A stretch of DNA of 59,400 nucleotides from a virus (IMGVR_UViG_3300032046_000028:1-59400), one strand, 5' to 3'; shown: positions 1-10,191, numbered from the stretch's first letter. Notes: generated from the letters alone by a model not told the origin. Numbers and translations: made by a program.

Positions 1-127
1 ACGCCCTACGGCGAATACCTTATGCTATTAATGCAACAGGCCAGTGCAGACCCGTTTCAATGGTTCACGTCAGACATGGTAAACTGCAAAGTTACACCTA
101 GACGATTAATCCTAGACCAAGACGGAA
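1..127. repeat. Terminal direct repeat, left copy (circularisation overlap)
   Basis: Identical to 59274-59400 (ACGCCCTACGGC...CAAGACGGAA). Confidence 0.97.
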
Positions 128-222
128 CAGCCTTACGAACATGGCAGTTCTATTTGAAACAGTATTCACGTAGTGGTGGACAATTGAGCACATGGAACGA
201 CCTGCAGTTCTGGGGCGTATAG
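1..222 (+). CDS. C-terminal part of the distal-tail (Dit)-like protein that starts at 58560
   Basis: In frame with 58560..59273 across the junction (…WG|TPYGEYLMLLMQ…FWGV*). Confidence 0.75.
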   Translation, partial: TPYGEYLMLLMQQASADPFQWFTSDMVNCKVTPRRLILDQDGTALRTWQFYLKQYSRSGGQLSTWNDLQFWGV

Positions 223-223
223 A

Positions 224-529
224 GTGGCTTGGATAAGCGTCACTTGGCATATATTCGCTGACGATGACAAATTATGTCCAGTTTGTCGGAGTCTTGAAGG
301 CTATACTTGGAGTTTTGAGGTTAGCAAAGGCGAATTAACTGATTCTTTGATTCATCCGCAATATGGAGTAGTTTGGAATCTTCAAGAGGGAAGTCAAGCG
401 CATGGGCATAGAGGCAACTGTCGCTGTCACTTAACTTATGAAATCAACATAACTGACCTTCTTGCTAGAGTGTTAGAACTGCGCAAAACGCTGTTGGAAA
501 TGGTTCCTGAACCTATGGGAGCAAAATAA
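224..529 (+). CDS. Short Mu gpF/SPP1 gp7-like minor head protein domain
   Basis: DDKLCPVC…HGHRGNCRC motif. Confidence 0.65.
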   Translation: MAWISVTWHIFADDDKLCPVCRSLEGYTWSFEVSKGELTDSLIHPQYGVVWNLQEGSQAHGHRGNCRCHLTYEINITDLLARVLELRKTLLEMVPEPMGAK

Positions 530-530
530 C

Positions 531-887
531 ATGAGCAGTGGCGGAGAAATACAACAGTTAATTTCAGCTCTCCAAGACTGTCAAGTGTTGGTCGCTAACA
601 TAGAAGGCAGAACACAATCAATACGGGGAGAATTTGGTCATGCAAGAGGAGAACTCCGAGAAGTAGAATATATTTTCTATCGCATAACAAGTCTCATGGC
701 TAGAATGGGGTTGCCGAAAGAGATTGATAAAGCCATACAAATGTTGCAAAAACTGATTTTGACTCTCCGTATGCTTCACACTATGATCATGTATATGGAG
801 GCAACCACAAATTTTGGAAAGATTCTGAGTGTAATTTCTGGAATCTCAGCGGCGATAACAGTAGGTAACATGGTTGAGGGATACTGA
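531..887 (+). CDS. Small helical virion protein at the tape-measure position
   Basis: Amphipathic helical, hydrophobic C-terminus, directly upstream of the hub gene. Confidence 0.45.
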   Translation: MSSGGEIQQLISALQDCQVLVANIEGRTQSIRGEFGHARGELREVEYIFYRITSLMARMGLPKEIDKAIQMLQKLILTLRMLHTMIMYMEATTNFGKILSVISGISAAITVGNMVEGY

Positions 888-2758
888 TGGGTTTGCCCCA
901 GTTCAAAGTTTCCATCACACATAACGCAGTAACAACTGACTATATCAGTAGTGCCTTCAAAAGTATAGATGTTAAACGTAGAGAAAACAACTATGACGTA
1001 GCAACCTTGGTTGCAGGCAATAACAAAAGCGAATTTTACCCCGATTACATTGATGTGTTGGATGACATCAAAATCTACCTACGCGATGCCACTGACACTA
1101 CAGGATGGCCGCAAGTCTTCGGCGGCACAGTACGCCAAGCCAACCCAAGCCTTTCTCCGCCTCCAGACGGGTCACTTGTGACATTACTCTGCAAAAGCTA
1201 CGGCGCAGCATTGGAAGAAACACATTGCAACCGAGACTATGGTTTAGAAAGTAGCAACAACACAAAAGACACCGCTAAAAAAATCTGGACAGACATAGTT
1301 ACGAATCTTGTCAACAAAAGTTTAGGTACAGGAATCAACACTGGCTATGTCTTGACAACAACGAAAATTGCTGATATTTGTGCGGCAACCCCAATCAAAT
1401 ATGTGAATAACCCTTACCGCACAAACTTAGAAGTCGTAGATCTTATATGCGACTTGACAAGTGCCATAGGCGCAGGAACCACGGCAGGAGCACATTGGAT
1501 TGTTGACAATGACAAAAACTTGATTATTAACACGATTAGTGCTCATGAAAACACGACGGAGTGGCCTGACTGGTATAACACGGATGAAGCAGGCAGCACA
1601 TTAGAAGAAGGCGTAGACTTCAACGGTTTTACAGTGTTAGATAAAAGCGAAGAGTTTGCAAATCGAATCGTTTTGTTGACACCGTTTAGAAGACCCGCAT
1701 ATGATTATTGGACAGAAGACAGTGGCGGATCAGCATTATGGGGCAATGACGGATTAACAAGTATAATAGATGATAATTACAGTGTCGGCAGTGAAATACA
1801 TTTTGTTGTGGGCAGTCACAGTTTAAAGTTTGACCCTGACACAATAGCTACTGGCTACGGTTACTTTCCTAAAACAAGTGCAGACTGGAATGTGACAAAG
1901 TGGGGGAGTGAGAGAACCGTTCCAACTCTGAACTTTTATGGTTATAAATACAACTTGGTTTATGGTCAAGAAATGCCGCCTGCGTCTGGTGCTTGGGTTC
2001 TTATGAGCACCAACAATACGGCGAGAAAAACACACTATTACTATTGTGCCTTCTTCAACTTGATAGTTGATGCTGATAAGACTTGGACTCACTTCAGCAT
2101 TCCAATCGGGCCTTACTGGGCAAGCGGTTCAGAAGCTAGGCGTTATCGGTGGGGCAAAACTGGTTCGCCGACTTGGGCAGATATTGACACGATTGAGTTT
2201 GTCATTCAAGGTGCTGGAACAGACGGGTTTCTCTGTATTGACGATTTACATTTTGCGGGTCAAATAGCAAGGTCAGCCTACAACAGCACAAACATCACGG
2301 CAAATAAAGAATACCAGAAAGTCTTGATAAGTAAAAATAGCATGGATGATTCTTGTATAGCAAACGATGATTCTGGTTTTGCTGCGCGAGTTGCCTATGC
2401 AGAACTATTAAGAAGACAAAGTTTGCCCACAACCATTGTTTTCACAGTGAAAGGCAAACCGTCTATGATGGCAGGACAGAAACTTCATGTTCATGCCTGC
2501 AAACAAGTGGGCGGCGGATTTGCTATTGATTCGCCTATGCGGATTCTTGAAGCGGAAACAAAACTTGTCGTTCCAGATGGCTTCACTACAACCGTTACGG
2601 CAACCACGGACTTGTTGAACAGCACACCCATCAGCGTGCCAGATCAGTATGCGATGTGGATGGAAAACATGTTCCTGAATAGTAAAGAAGCAAAGAATAT
2701 TCGGTCAAGTAGTGATACTGACCTGTTAATTCCCCTTCTTACAAGAGATTATCCGTAG
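887..2758 (+). CDS. Baseplate hub/Tal-like tail protein with inserted beta-rich (CBM-like) domain
   Basis: 623 aa; hub-like N-terminus (VFGGTVRQ, LLCKSYG), FANRIVL, C-terminal AGQKLHV…MRILE; insert ending IDDLHF. Confidence 0.6.
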   Translation: MGLPQFKVSITHNAVTTDYISSAFKSIDVKRRENNYDVATLVAGNNKSEFYPDYIDVLDDIKIYLRDATDTTGWPQVFGGTVRQANPSLSPPPDGSLVTLLCKSYGAALEETHCNRDYGLESSNNTKDTAKKIWTDIVTNLVNKSLGTGINTGYVLTTTKIADICAATPIKYVNNPYRTNLEVVDLICDLTSAIGAGTTAGAHWIVDNDKNLIINTISAHENTTEWPDWYNTDEAGSTLEEGVDFNGFTVLDKSEEFANRIVLLTPFRRPAYDYWTEDSGGSALWGNDGLTSIIDDNYSVGSEIHFVVGSHSLKFDPDTIATGYGYFPKTSADWNVTKWGSERTVPTLNFYGYKYNLVYGQEMPPASGAWVLMSTNNTARKTHYYYCAFFNLIVDADKTWTHFSIPIGPYWASGSEARRYRWGKTGSPTWADIDTIEFVIQGAGTDGFLCIDDLHFAGQIARSAYNSTNITANKEYQKVLISKNSMDDSCIANDDSGFAARVAYAELLRRQSLPTTIVFTVKGKPSMMAGQKLHVHACKQVGGGFAIDSPMRILEAETKLVVPDGFTTTVTATTDLLNSTPISVPDQYAMWMENMFLNSKEAKNIRSSSDTDLLIPLLTRDYP

Positions 2759-2772
2759 TAACAGAAGTCAAG

Positions 2773-2997
2773 ATGACTAACAAACAGATATTTTTTCATT
2801 TGTTAGGATTCGCCAGTCTAGCTACAGCGATCACTATAGCCGTCATTGTTTTCTTAAACATCAACTTCTACGGATACTGCCTCGCTGTAGAAGATAATTT
2901 AATTATCAGAAGCTTAGAAACATCGTTAGTCTGCTGTTCCATCGGATACGGCATCGTTTTAGCCGATCTCATTTTTAAAAAGGGTCGTCTGTTTTAG
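2773..2997 (+). CDS. Small two-TM membrane protein
   Basis: Two hydrophobic stretches, last gene of the late operon. Confidence 0.6.
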   Translation: MTNKQIFFHLLGFASLATAITIAVIVFLNINFYGYCLAVEDNLIIRSLETSLVCCSIGYGIVLADLIFKKGRLF

Positions 2998-3114
2998 CCA
3001 CTGTCTTTTGCCATTTTAAACAGCGTCTAGTCGTGACCATCGATCTTTCTCGTAAGACCCAAACGTTCACTTTCACTATTTTTCACCTCCCTTGTAGTTT
3101 TTCGCATTTTTCAT

Positions 3115-3450
3115 TCAAATTTTATGACATCTATATGTTGGATACGGAATTGAACATCCGTTGTTTTTTCTTGCAAGTTCCACAAGTTCTTTTGCGTCTT
3201 TTTCAGCAATTTCTATTGCCTTTTCTTTATAGACCTGAATGATGAATTCTTCTCCAACCCAATCTTTCAAAACATAGTCATCTACAACGGTTCTGGTAAC
3301 TCTTAGGGTCTCAGATAAGTTTTGGATAGGTCTGTTAACCAGAGGGGCTTTTGATGCCCTCGTAACGAAAAAGGCAAATCCTGTAGATTCTATGCTGGCT
3401 TTTCTTTGTTCATTAGATGGCGGGATTCTTTCCATCTTTAAAATGAACAT
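3115..3450 (-). CDS. Hypothetical protein
   Basis: ORF in leftward operon, GGAGGTGA SD upstream (start may be a few codons earlier). Confidence 0.5.
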   Translation of the reverse strand: MFILKMERIPPSNEQRKASIESTGFAFFVTRASKAPLVNRPIQNLSETLRVTRTVVDDYVLKDWVGEEFIIQVYKEKAIEIAEKDAKELVELARKNNGCSIPYPTYRCHKI

Positions 3451-3474
3451 GCCAACCCATTTTCATTCACCTCC

Positions 3475-3636
3475 TTAATGGAATAGTTTGTTCCAACATT
3501 CAATGTGATACCTTCGTCGGCGTCCGCCTTTGCTTCCGCGTTTGCTGATTATTTTGTCATCTATCCTAAAGGGGTTTGGGCATGAATAACAAGTGAAACT
3601 TTGTTTAGTACTGTGTAGCCACCGCAGATATTTCAT
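3475..3636 (-). CDS. Small PARP-type-like zinc finger (53 aa, not in ORF track)
   Basis: Manual translation MKYLRW…CYSC…YHIECWNKLFH. Confidence 0.6.
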   Translation of the reverse strand: MKYLRWLHSTKQSFTCYSCPNPFRIDDKIISKRGSKGGRRRRYHIECWNKLFH

Positions 3637-3638
3637 TG

Positions 3639-3923
3639 TTACTTTGGTTCTGTTCCCTCTTCGTCTGTTCTGAAATCTGTTACTTTTCGTCTGCTGATGC
3701 TATATTGCATAATTTTTGGCTCGTCAGCATTCATTTCGTCTAATAGAGTTGTTACCTTAGTAAGTAATGAGGCAAAGGTGCTTGAGTTCGGTATTTGAAC
3801 TTTATTTTCCAGTAACCAAGTACAAGATACATTGAGTTGTTCTAACAATTCTATGTTTAACTGGCGCATACGTTTCATAGTTGCGAGGGCATCTGCAAGT
3901 TCAGTTATGGTGTCAGGTGGCAA
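3639..3923 (-). CDS. Hypothetical helical protein
   Basis: ORF coupled to neighbours. Confidence 0.55.
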   Translation of the reverse strand: MPPDTITELADALATMKRMRQLNIELLEQLNVSCTWLLENKVQIPNSSTFASLLTKVTTLLDEMNADEPKIMQYSISRRKVTDFRTDEEGTEPK

Positions 3924-4320
3924 GGTCGTTCGCCTCTTTTCTCTTATTATACTCTATTATTTGTTCTTGCAGGCGTTTAACGTAGTCATAAACCGTCTTA
4001 AACTCGTCTGAAGCAATTGCTTTATTGAGTTTGTTTATTTCAGCGGGGTCAATGGTTTTTTGTTGAGCTAAATCGCTGACAATCTTTTCAAGACCTTTGA
4101 ATTTTTCCCAAACACCAAAATAGCGTGCTATCAATTCAGATATTGCTGAAAGGCTTTCATAAAGTTCCATAATCTTTTTCTCTTGCTTTTGGAATAGCAA
4201 TAAGTAATATTTCTGCTCCGCCGTAACCTGAGAGGATTTTGTTTTCTCATCTAGTTCATTCATTTGGGATAGATACTCTTCCTTCAATATTCTTCGTGCT
4301 TCTTTGAAGTATGCAGTCAT
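3913..4320 (-). CDS. Coiled-coil hypothetical protein
   Basis: ATG overlaps upstream stop (ATGA); charged helical sequence. Confidence 0.55.
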   Translation of the reverse strand: MTAYFKEARRILKEEYLSQMNELDEKTKSSQVTAEQKYYLLLFQKQEKKIMELYESLSAISELIARYFGVWEKFKGLEKIVSDLAQQKTIDPAEINKLNKAIASDEFKTVYDYVKRLQEQIIEYNKRKEANDLAT

Positions 4321-4481
4321 TTTTTCCGAGTTTTCTCCATCTGTTGTCTTATCCAACAGTTCATCGCCTCCTCCATTGCTTCAGTCAAATTGCCTTTGTG
4401 CATTCCTTTGCTTTCGAAGACAGCTTTCCTAAATTTTGTGTCTAAGTCGTCATTTATCATGACCGTATATTTTTTTGTCAT
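4317..4481 (-). CDS. Ribbon-helix-helix DNA-binding protein
   Basis: KYTVMINDDLDTKFR…NLTEAMEEAM pattern. Confidence 0.7.
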   Translation of the reverse strand: MTKKYTVMINDDLDTKFRKAVFESKGMHKGNLTEAMEEAMNCWIRQQMEKTRKK

Positions 4482-4674
4482 TTCAAACCCTCTATTTCGC
4501 TTCTGCAACTGCAAACAGGCCACTTACTCCCATGAGGCGGAAGTCCAAAATGCTTACGAACCCGACAATCAACCGCACAACCCAACACCTTCATGGAACA
4601 TTCAACACTGCAATAATACACGGCATCACAAGCATCCCGCAAAACAACCTGATTATTAATTCTTAAACCAGTCC

Positions 4675-4863
4675 TCAAATTCTAAGCCTCCGCCAACAAG
4701 TCACATGATACGGCTTTTTGCACCCGCCAATCGTGTGAACACGCGAAACAACCAAATCCTCCAACTCCAATTTCTCCCGACACCTTTCACAACGATCCTT
4801 CCCCAACCTACTCATACGAGACAGCCAACTTTGACGAACCCGAAACGGCTTCTCACCCTTCAT
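4675..4863 (-). CDS. Small PARP-type-like zinc finger
   Basis: CERC…YHVTCW. Confidence 0.6.
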   Translation of the reverse strand: MKGEKPFRVRQSWLSRMSRLGKDRCERCREKLELEDLVVSRVHTIGGCKKPYHVTCWRRLRI

Positions 4864-4981
4864 TTGAGAGTCTCCAAAACCTTCCACACTTGCGGGCTTG
4901 CCCGGGCTTCTTTCAAATGCTTAGGCATGGAAGAAAATGAGTGAGAGGAAGTTGTGAGAAAAGAAAAGGGGGAGATGGTGT

Positions 4982-5194
4982 TTAGACTGGCATGCGTGCT
5001 GACTTGTGGTAGCATTGGCTTGAGCAGTATTGCTGGTTTGAATGTGCTGGTTGGAATAGTTTTCCGCATTCTGAGCATGCCTTGCTGGGGTTTTTGACTG
5101 AGGTTGCGTAGCATTGGACAGAGCAGAATTTTTGTGCGTGGAATTGTGTTTCGTACTCTTTGCCACAGTGCTGACATTTTTTGGTGTAGACCAT
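4982..5194 (-). CDS. Tandem CxxC…CSxxC (TRASH/MYM-like) zinc-binding protein
   Basis: CQHCGK…FCSVQC and CSECGK…YCSSQC. Confidence 0.65.
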   Translation of the reverse strand: MVYTKKCQHCGKEYETQFHAQKFCSVQCYATSVKNPSKACSECGKLFQPAHSNQQYCSSQCYHKSARMPV

Positions 5195-5274
5195 GATTGT
5201 TCTTCTGTGTTAGGAAATACTTAAGTATTGTGTCTGCGAGTGTGTGGAATGAGAGAGAGAGTGAGTGTGTGTTG

Positions 5275-5658
5275 CTACTCGTCTGCAACAGTGTTCTCCT
5301 CCTCTTCAAACACGCCTTCTTCTTCAGAACAATGAATTTTATTATGACATTTCCAACAGAGAATCTGCAGATTTTTGAGTTCATTGTTGAAACAGTTCAA
5401 GTCTTTATGGTGAACAGTAATGTGATATTCAGAATTACATTGTTGGCAACGAGTTAAGCAAACATTGTTTTGCCGTAAAATTTCCCGATAATAAGAAGCG
5501 TTAGGACGGTATCTATTTCTAGGACGTTTAGTAGTTCGTCCTCTAGGAAGAATAAGCCGTTTCGACTTTGGCCACTTAATTTTGGCCTTATCTCCCTCTT
5601 CTGCTATCTTTGCAGTTATAAGCTTTTTCATATCTTCATGCAACAGCATAATAGTCAC
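5275..5658 (-). CDS. HNH endonuclease
   Basis: CQQC…VHHKD…NNELKNLQILCWKCH. Confidence 0.85.
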   Translation of the reverse strand: MTIMLLHEDMKKLITAKIAEEGDKAKIKWPKSKRLILPRGRTTKRPRNRYRPNASYYREILRQNNVCLTRCQQCNSEYHITVHHKDLNCFNNELKNLQILCWKCHNKIHCSEEEGVFEEEENTVADE

Positions 5659-5921
5659 TGTAGTTTGGTTTGTTCTTGTTTCTTTAACAAGGCCATCAAC
5701 TCTGGAATCTTGATTGGATTCAGCTTGTAGACTTGTGGTGCTTCAAGGTTAACATAACCGAACGTCAAAAGAGCCCTAGTCCACCGCATTACCGTCCTTT
5801 CGTCTATACACTGTCGCGTTTTCATTATGGTTTCTTCCAAGTCTTTTTGGCGCACTTGGTGAACGTACCCGTCTTTAACCAACGTACTGACAATCTGTTC
5901 ACATACTTGTCTTGCTTTCAC
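5655..5921 (-). CDS. Winged-helix-like DNA-binding protein
   Basis: DERTVMRWTRALLTFGYV…VYKLN. Confidence 0.55.
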   Translation of the reverse strand: MKARQVCEQIVSTLVKDGYVHQVRQKDLEETIMKTRQCIDERTVMRWTRALLTFGYVNLEAPQVYKLNPIKIPELMALLKKQEQTKLQ

Positions 5922-5940
5922 TGCTCTCTCACACTCTCTC

Positions 5941-6390
5941 TCATTCTACTCGCTCACACTCAACCTCATTTTTTTCCATACTTCCTAGTGTGTATGCTTC
6001 TTTTTCGAGAAAGCAAATATTCGTAAAGTTGGCAGAATGTAAAGTGTCAATAAACAGTTTTACGAAACGTGGGTTTGACGATTGAAGTTCATACCGTTTA
6101 TTTTCTGGATCCCATGCAAAATAGTGCTCTTTGAAGAATGGACGAATTTTACTGTAGTCACTCTTGTTAATTGGGCCATCAAACTTTACGAATATCCACC
6201 CGTCTTTGTAGATATGAACTAGAAGGTTCAGATTGTTTGCTCGCCATGTATTAGCAAGGGTGCACGCACCGCCGTCATACTGCTCGCACTTTGTACAGTT
6301 ACACTCATAGCATAAGCAGCCTGGGCTAGCATCTTCACAAGTTAGGCAACAACCCTCAAGATCATAATAGTCGTCTCTCTCTCCACTCAT
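5941..6390 (-). CDS. Cys-rich N-terminus plus HARP-like domain protein
   Basis: CCLTC…CLCYECNCTKC; FAWDPENKRYE. Confidence 0.5.
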   Translation of the reverse strand: MSGERDDYYDLEGCCLTCEDASPGCLCYECNCTKCEQYDGGACTLANTWRANNLNLLVHIYKDGWIFVKFDGPINKSDYSKIRPFFKEHYFAWDPENKRYELQSSNPRFVKLFIDTLHSANFTNICFLEKEAYTLGSMEKNEVECERVE

Positions 6391-6525
6391 TCTTTTACTT
6401 CCTTCTTGTATGGGCATCCTTCGCTGTTTGTTTTCCAGGCGGCTTCTGGACAGGTTAGCCAATCATGCAACGTACACATTCTTAGGTGGGTAGCACCGTC
6501 AAACGGAATCTTAGCGTGTGGGCAT

Positions 6526-6717
6526 TCAGTCATATTTTTTCGCCTTCAGTTTCTGTCTCAAATGCGCGTTTCTTTGTGCTGGCTGAACCTTAGTCCGTAC
6601 TAATCTTCGGTGTACTTTACAGATTATTCTTCCAGCCTTATCAAAAGTTGATTCTTGAGGAACAATATAGTGGCTTCCTTGAGTGCAATAGTAATGTTTA
6701 ACGTAGACAGAAGTCAT
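6526..6717 (-). CDS. Small zinc-binding protein
   Basis: YCTQGSH…CKVHRRLVR. Confidence 0.5.
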   Translation of the reverse strand: MTSVYVKHYYCTQGSHYIVPQESTFDKAGRIICKVHRRLVRTKVQPAQRNAHLRQKLKAKKYD

Positions 6718-6862
6718 GCGTGCAAAAACCGCCTCCGACTCTTTTTTGATTCCGGCTTAGAACCAGTCCAAAACATGGTCCAGCCTAACATCCACAAAAC
6801 AGCAACCGCTGGCAGAATCAAGACAACAAGGGCTTTACGTTTCTTGCCACTTTTATGTTTCA

Positions 6863-8794
6863 TCATGCCATCCTTCCTTTCATATTTGTTCGATAACTAG
6901 AACCGCGTCCTTCACGTTTCGACTCTATCCAACCCTTATCGACAAGCTTCACAAAATCAATCGCATGAGCTAAACCATCATCACTTGAAAAGCCCAACAG
7001 AAGAGGCAAACGCTGACGACTAAACCATTCACCGTCATGATCCAAAAGCAACGTGTAGAACTGTTTCTCTTTCTTATTCAGTAACGCAATGATTTTCTGG
7101 ACGCCTGGCAAATTGGTGAAGGTTCCACTTTGACTTGACACAACAGGAACGGATACGGTAGGTTCTGGAACTGCGGCATGTCTCGAATTGCGTGACCGAG
7201 GCAGTGGGCGATAATCATGCGAATGATCTTCTATCACTTTTTCGCTTACGCCTTCGCGGTGCAACACAATTTTGAAGCCCTTATCCATAATGCTGAATAA
7301 GCGTTTGCGGTCATGCAAATATTCTTCAAGTGTCATGAGAATGTGGCTTTCTTGGGCTCCCTGTTCACTGTGCAACAGCCTTGTTGTTCTTTGAAGTTCT
7401 TGCCGGCGTGACCCAAAAAGCCAGGACACCTCTATGACTCGTTCGATGTCTGGAAGCGACATACCTTCATCGCCCACTCGTGAGACAACGACAACTCGGT
7501 TTTCAAGAATAGTCGCCATGTTATCTTTTGTCGCACCATAGGCAAACGGAATTTTGAACCGTCCAGCAACAGCTTTTCCAGTTTCAAGCGAGTCTGAAAA
7601 AATGATGGTTCGCAAATCTTCCTGTAAAAGACTGGCAAGACGTCGGAGTTTAGCTTCAAAGTTCTTGACAATCCACACATGGCATGTGGGACTTTTTATC
7701 AAGTTCAGCTTTTTGAAATAGTCCCAACTGAGTCCAACAGGTTTTCCAGTGAGAGCAAAAATGTATTCTTCTCGACCATCCTCCCTCATCGGTGAACCAG
7801 ACAGGCCAATAGTGTATTTGCGACGAATTAGTGAAAGCTTAACAAAAGAGTTAGCGGGAATATGCTGGCATTCATCTATTAGAAGTGTAGTCCATGTTTT
7901 GGTTGACGCTTTTGATATTGCACTCTGATAAGTCAGAACTTCATACTCGCTAGGTTGCAGGTCTGTATGCACCTGAATTCTTTCAATCCACTGTTCTTGC
8001 AGTAGTTTTGTTGGAACAACAACTAAATGTGGCCCTTTGAGGTGTGTCATAACCCATAACGCAATTATCGTTTTTCCTGTTCCCGGAGGAATAAAAACTC
8101 CGATGGCACTGAAACGTAGAAACTCATTCCAAGCGTGCTGTTGGTACTCACGCAGTTGAAAATCACACTTGCGCTCTACATAGTCAGCTTTATCCACTGG
8201 TTTGATAGTGAACGGCAAAACACCGTCTTTAATCATGGAAGTAATAAGGTCAAAAGCCCTTTTCGGATTGACCTTGATTTTGTTCTCATCCCTATCATGC
8301 AAGAATGGACGATATTTCTGCCATGCATATTCCAACGCACTCTTAGGGCCATGAAGTTCTTCACCGTCCAAAATAAGCTCGGGCGGAGGCTTCCAATCAA
8401 GCTGTTTCTTAATGGCCTCAGGAATCTCCCCCAACCAATCCATGTAACGATTAATAAGAAAACGATTATACGATTCTGTACTGCGATCTAACCATCCTAT
8501 TTGAATATCAACAAACTTTGGAATAATCAGATACCAAGAATCAGGTCTTCCATGAACAGGTTCCAGATAATAGGGTTTCTTAAAGAAAGCTTCAAGTTGC
8601 TCACGATCCAGCTTAGAAGTTTTGATGCTGAGAGCAAATTCTGCCACCTGCTCTTCAACAATTTTCCGAGCCTCATCAGTGATGCCGGTGAGCTCTTTGA
8701 CGTAAGGAATTACGCCTAGCAACTGCTCTAGTAAAAACTTTGCACGTTCCTGGTTAAGCTGGGCAAGACCAACCTCTATTTTCTGTTCACTCAT
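6863..8794 (-). CDS. SF2 helicase, XPB/Rad25-like, with C-terminal wHTH
   Basis: LREYQ, PPGTGKT, IDECQH, GLSGSP, EGMSLP, QRTTRLL motifs. Confidence 0.9.
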   Translation of the reverse strand: MSEQKIEVGLAQLNQERAKFLLEQLLGVIPYVKELTGITDEARKIVEEQVAEFALSIKTSKLDREQLEAFFKKPYYLEPVHGRPDSWYLIIPKFVDIQIGWLDRSTESYNRFLINRYMDWLGEIPEAIKKQLDWKPPPELILDGEELHGPKSALEYAWQKYRPFLHDRDENKIKVNPKRAFDLITSMIKDGVLPFTIKPVDKADYVERKCDFQLREYQQHAWNEFLRFSAIGVFIPPGTGKTIIALWVMTHLKGPHLVVVPTKLLQEQWIERIQVHTDLQPSEYEVLTYQSAISKASTKTWTTLLIDECQHIPANSFVKLSLIRRKYTIGLSGSPMREDGREEYIFALTGKPVGLSWDYFKKLNLIKSPTCHVWIVKNFEAKLRRLASLLQEDLRTIIFSDSLETGKAVAGRFKIPFAYGATKDNMATILENRVVVVSRVGDEGMSLPDIERVIEVSWLFGSRRQELQRTTRLLHSEQGAQESHILMTLEEYLHDRKRLFSIMDKGFKIVLHREGVSEKVIEDHSHDYRPLPRSRNSRHAAVPEPTVSVPVVSSQSGTFTNLPGVQKIIALLNKKEKQFYTLLLDHDGEWFSRQRLPLLLGFSSDDGLAHAIDFVKLVDKGWIESKREGRGSSYRTNMKGRMA

Positions 8795-8849
8795 TTTGTT
8801 TCTTCACACCTCAATGTTTGTTGGCCTTTTCCTTCACACTCAAGCAAAT

Positions 8850-9728
8850 TCATTTAATTGACACCTCTATTTGCGAAGACCAATTTCCATAATTGTAGTC
8901 TTTCCAGTCACAACCGACATGTCGATTAGCCCATCTTTCAAACGCTTTCTGGTACGGGTCCTTCTTGTTGTACGGCATAACCCAAGGATCGAGTCCTAAC
9001 TTGCGGATTTCGTTAATTCGATACAAGTCCTCTTGTGGAGTTGACCAGTAACCTATGAGAACATAGACCATCAATGCTGATTTGCCGAAAAAGTCACCCA
9101 TCATTTCTAGGTTTGAACGTAAGTCTTCACGCGGATTATCCCACGCCGTTCTTAATTGTTTATAGCGTTTGAGTCCACGGATCGCATCCCATTTTTCCTC
9201 ATCGAGTATGCGACAGTCTATTCCACATTGCCAATCAACAGAATACCCAAAGTCTTCAAGTAGCATGACTGCATGATGAAAAGCGTCTTTGGGCAATTGT
9301 GTGAAACTGTTATCCATGACGCTGATTCGCGTTGCTTTTGAATTCAAGTTCTTAGGGTCTTCAAGGTGGAGTTTTCCTTCTTTTGTTGGAACAACACAAA
9401 AAGGGCAATACTTGTCGCATCCTCGACTGAACCAGATGTAGCTTGTCTTGCAGTTGGGATAAATTGAATAGTCCAAGTTTGCGTTTTCTATTGCTGGCGG
9501 TAGCCGTAACTGAACATTAAAGCCTGTGCCGCCAACAACCATTTTAGGTCTGAGAACAGGTTTCTTAGTAAACGTGAATAGGCTACTGCCATAAATGCGG
9601 TCATACTCAGGATAAAAAAGCGAAGAGTACCATTCAACTGAGTCATTGCGTTCTTTATGATATTGACTTATCTGCATTAAGGCTGTGTTCTCGATTTTAG
9701 GTTCTAGATTCATCAATCCTACTCTCAT
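8850..9728 (-). CDS. Radical SAM protein (viral type)
   Basis: SRGCDKYCPFC (CxxxCxxC); GGTGF. Confidence 0.9.
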   Translation of the reverse strand: MRVGLMNLEPKIENTALMQISQYHKERNDSVEWYSSLFYPEYDRIYGSSLFTFTKKPVLRPKMVVGGTGFNVQLRLPPAIENANLDYSIYPNCKTSYIWFSRGCDKYCPFCVVPTKEGKLHLEDPKNLNSKATRISVMDNSFTQLPKDAFHHAVMLLEDFGYSVDWQCGIDCRILDEEKWDAIRGLKRYKQLRTAWDNPREDLRSNLEMMGDFFGKSALMVYVLIGYWSTPQEDLYRINEIRKLGLDPWVMPYNKKDPYQKAFERWANRHVGCDWKDYNYGNWSSQIEVSIK

Positions 9729-10191
9729 TTTGTTGCCTCTCCAACCAAAGTCTGTTGTCCCTTGCCCTCACATTCAAGCAAACAATCCACCGTCGGCAAA
9801 TCTGAACTAACATAGTTTTTCCAATGGTGACAGAACAAACATTCTTTACTTTTGATAGGACGAAAAGTCATTCAGAAGTTTCCTCCTTGCATTTGCCATC
9901 CACAAATTTGCTGAATACTGTGGCCTTTTCCTTACAGCCTGCAACTTCACATCGTTTCATTCATGTTCCTCCGTTTGGTCTTTATCTGTCGGATCAACCC
10001 ATTGAGTATCGCGGTAAGGGCAAGTGTAGTCTTTACAGTCCTCACATCCATGCTCGTACTCTTCTGCACAATCGTTGTTTTCTTCATCTTCAATCATTTC
10101 TCAAGCCTCCGTTGGAGAGGGAATGTTTGCTGGGTGCAGTTCCGAGCAAATTGAGATTAGGAGAAAAGGAATGAAAATGAAACCGCACCTT

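Noticed and set aside
1-127. Biological terminal repeats of a linear genome
   Set aside because: 127 bp is a common assembler k-mer overlap and the repeat lies mid-ORF; it shows circularity only
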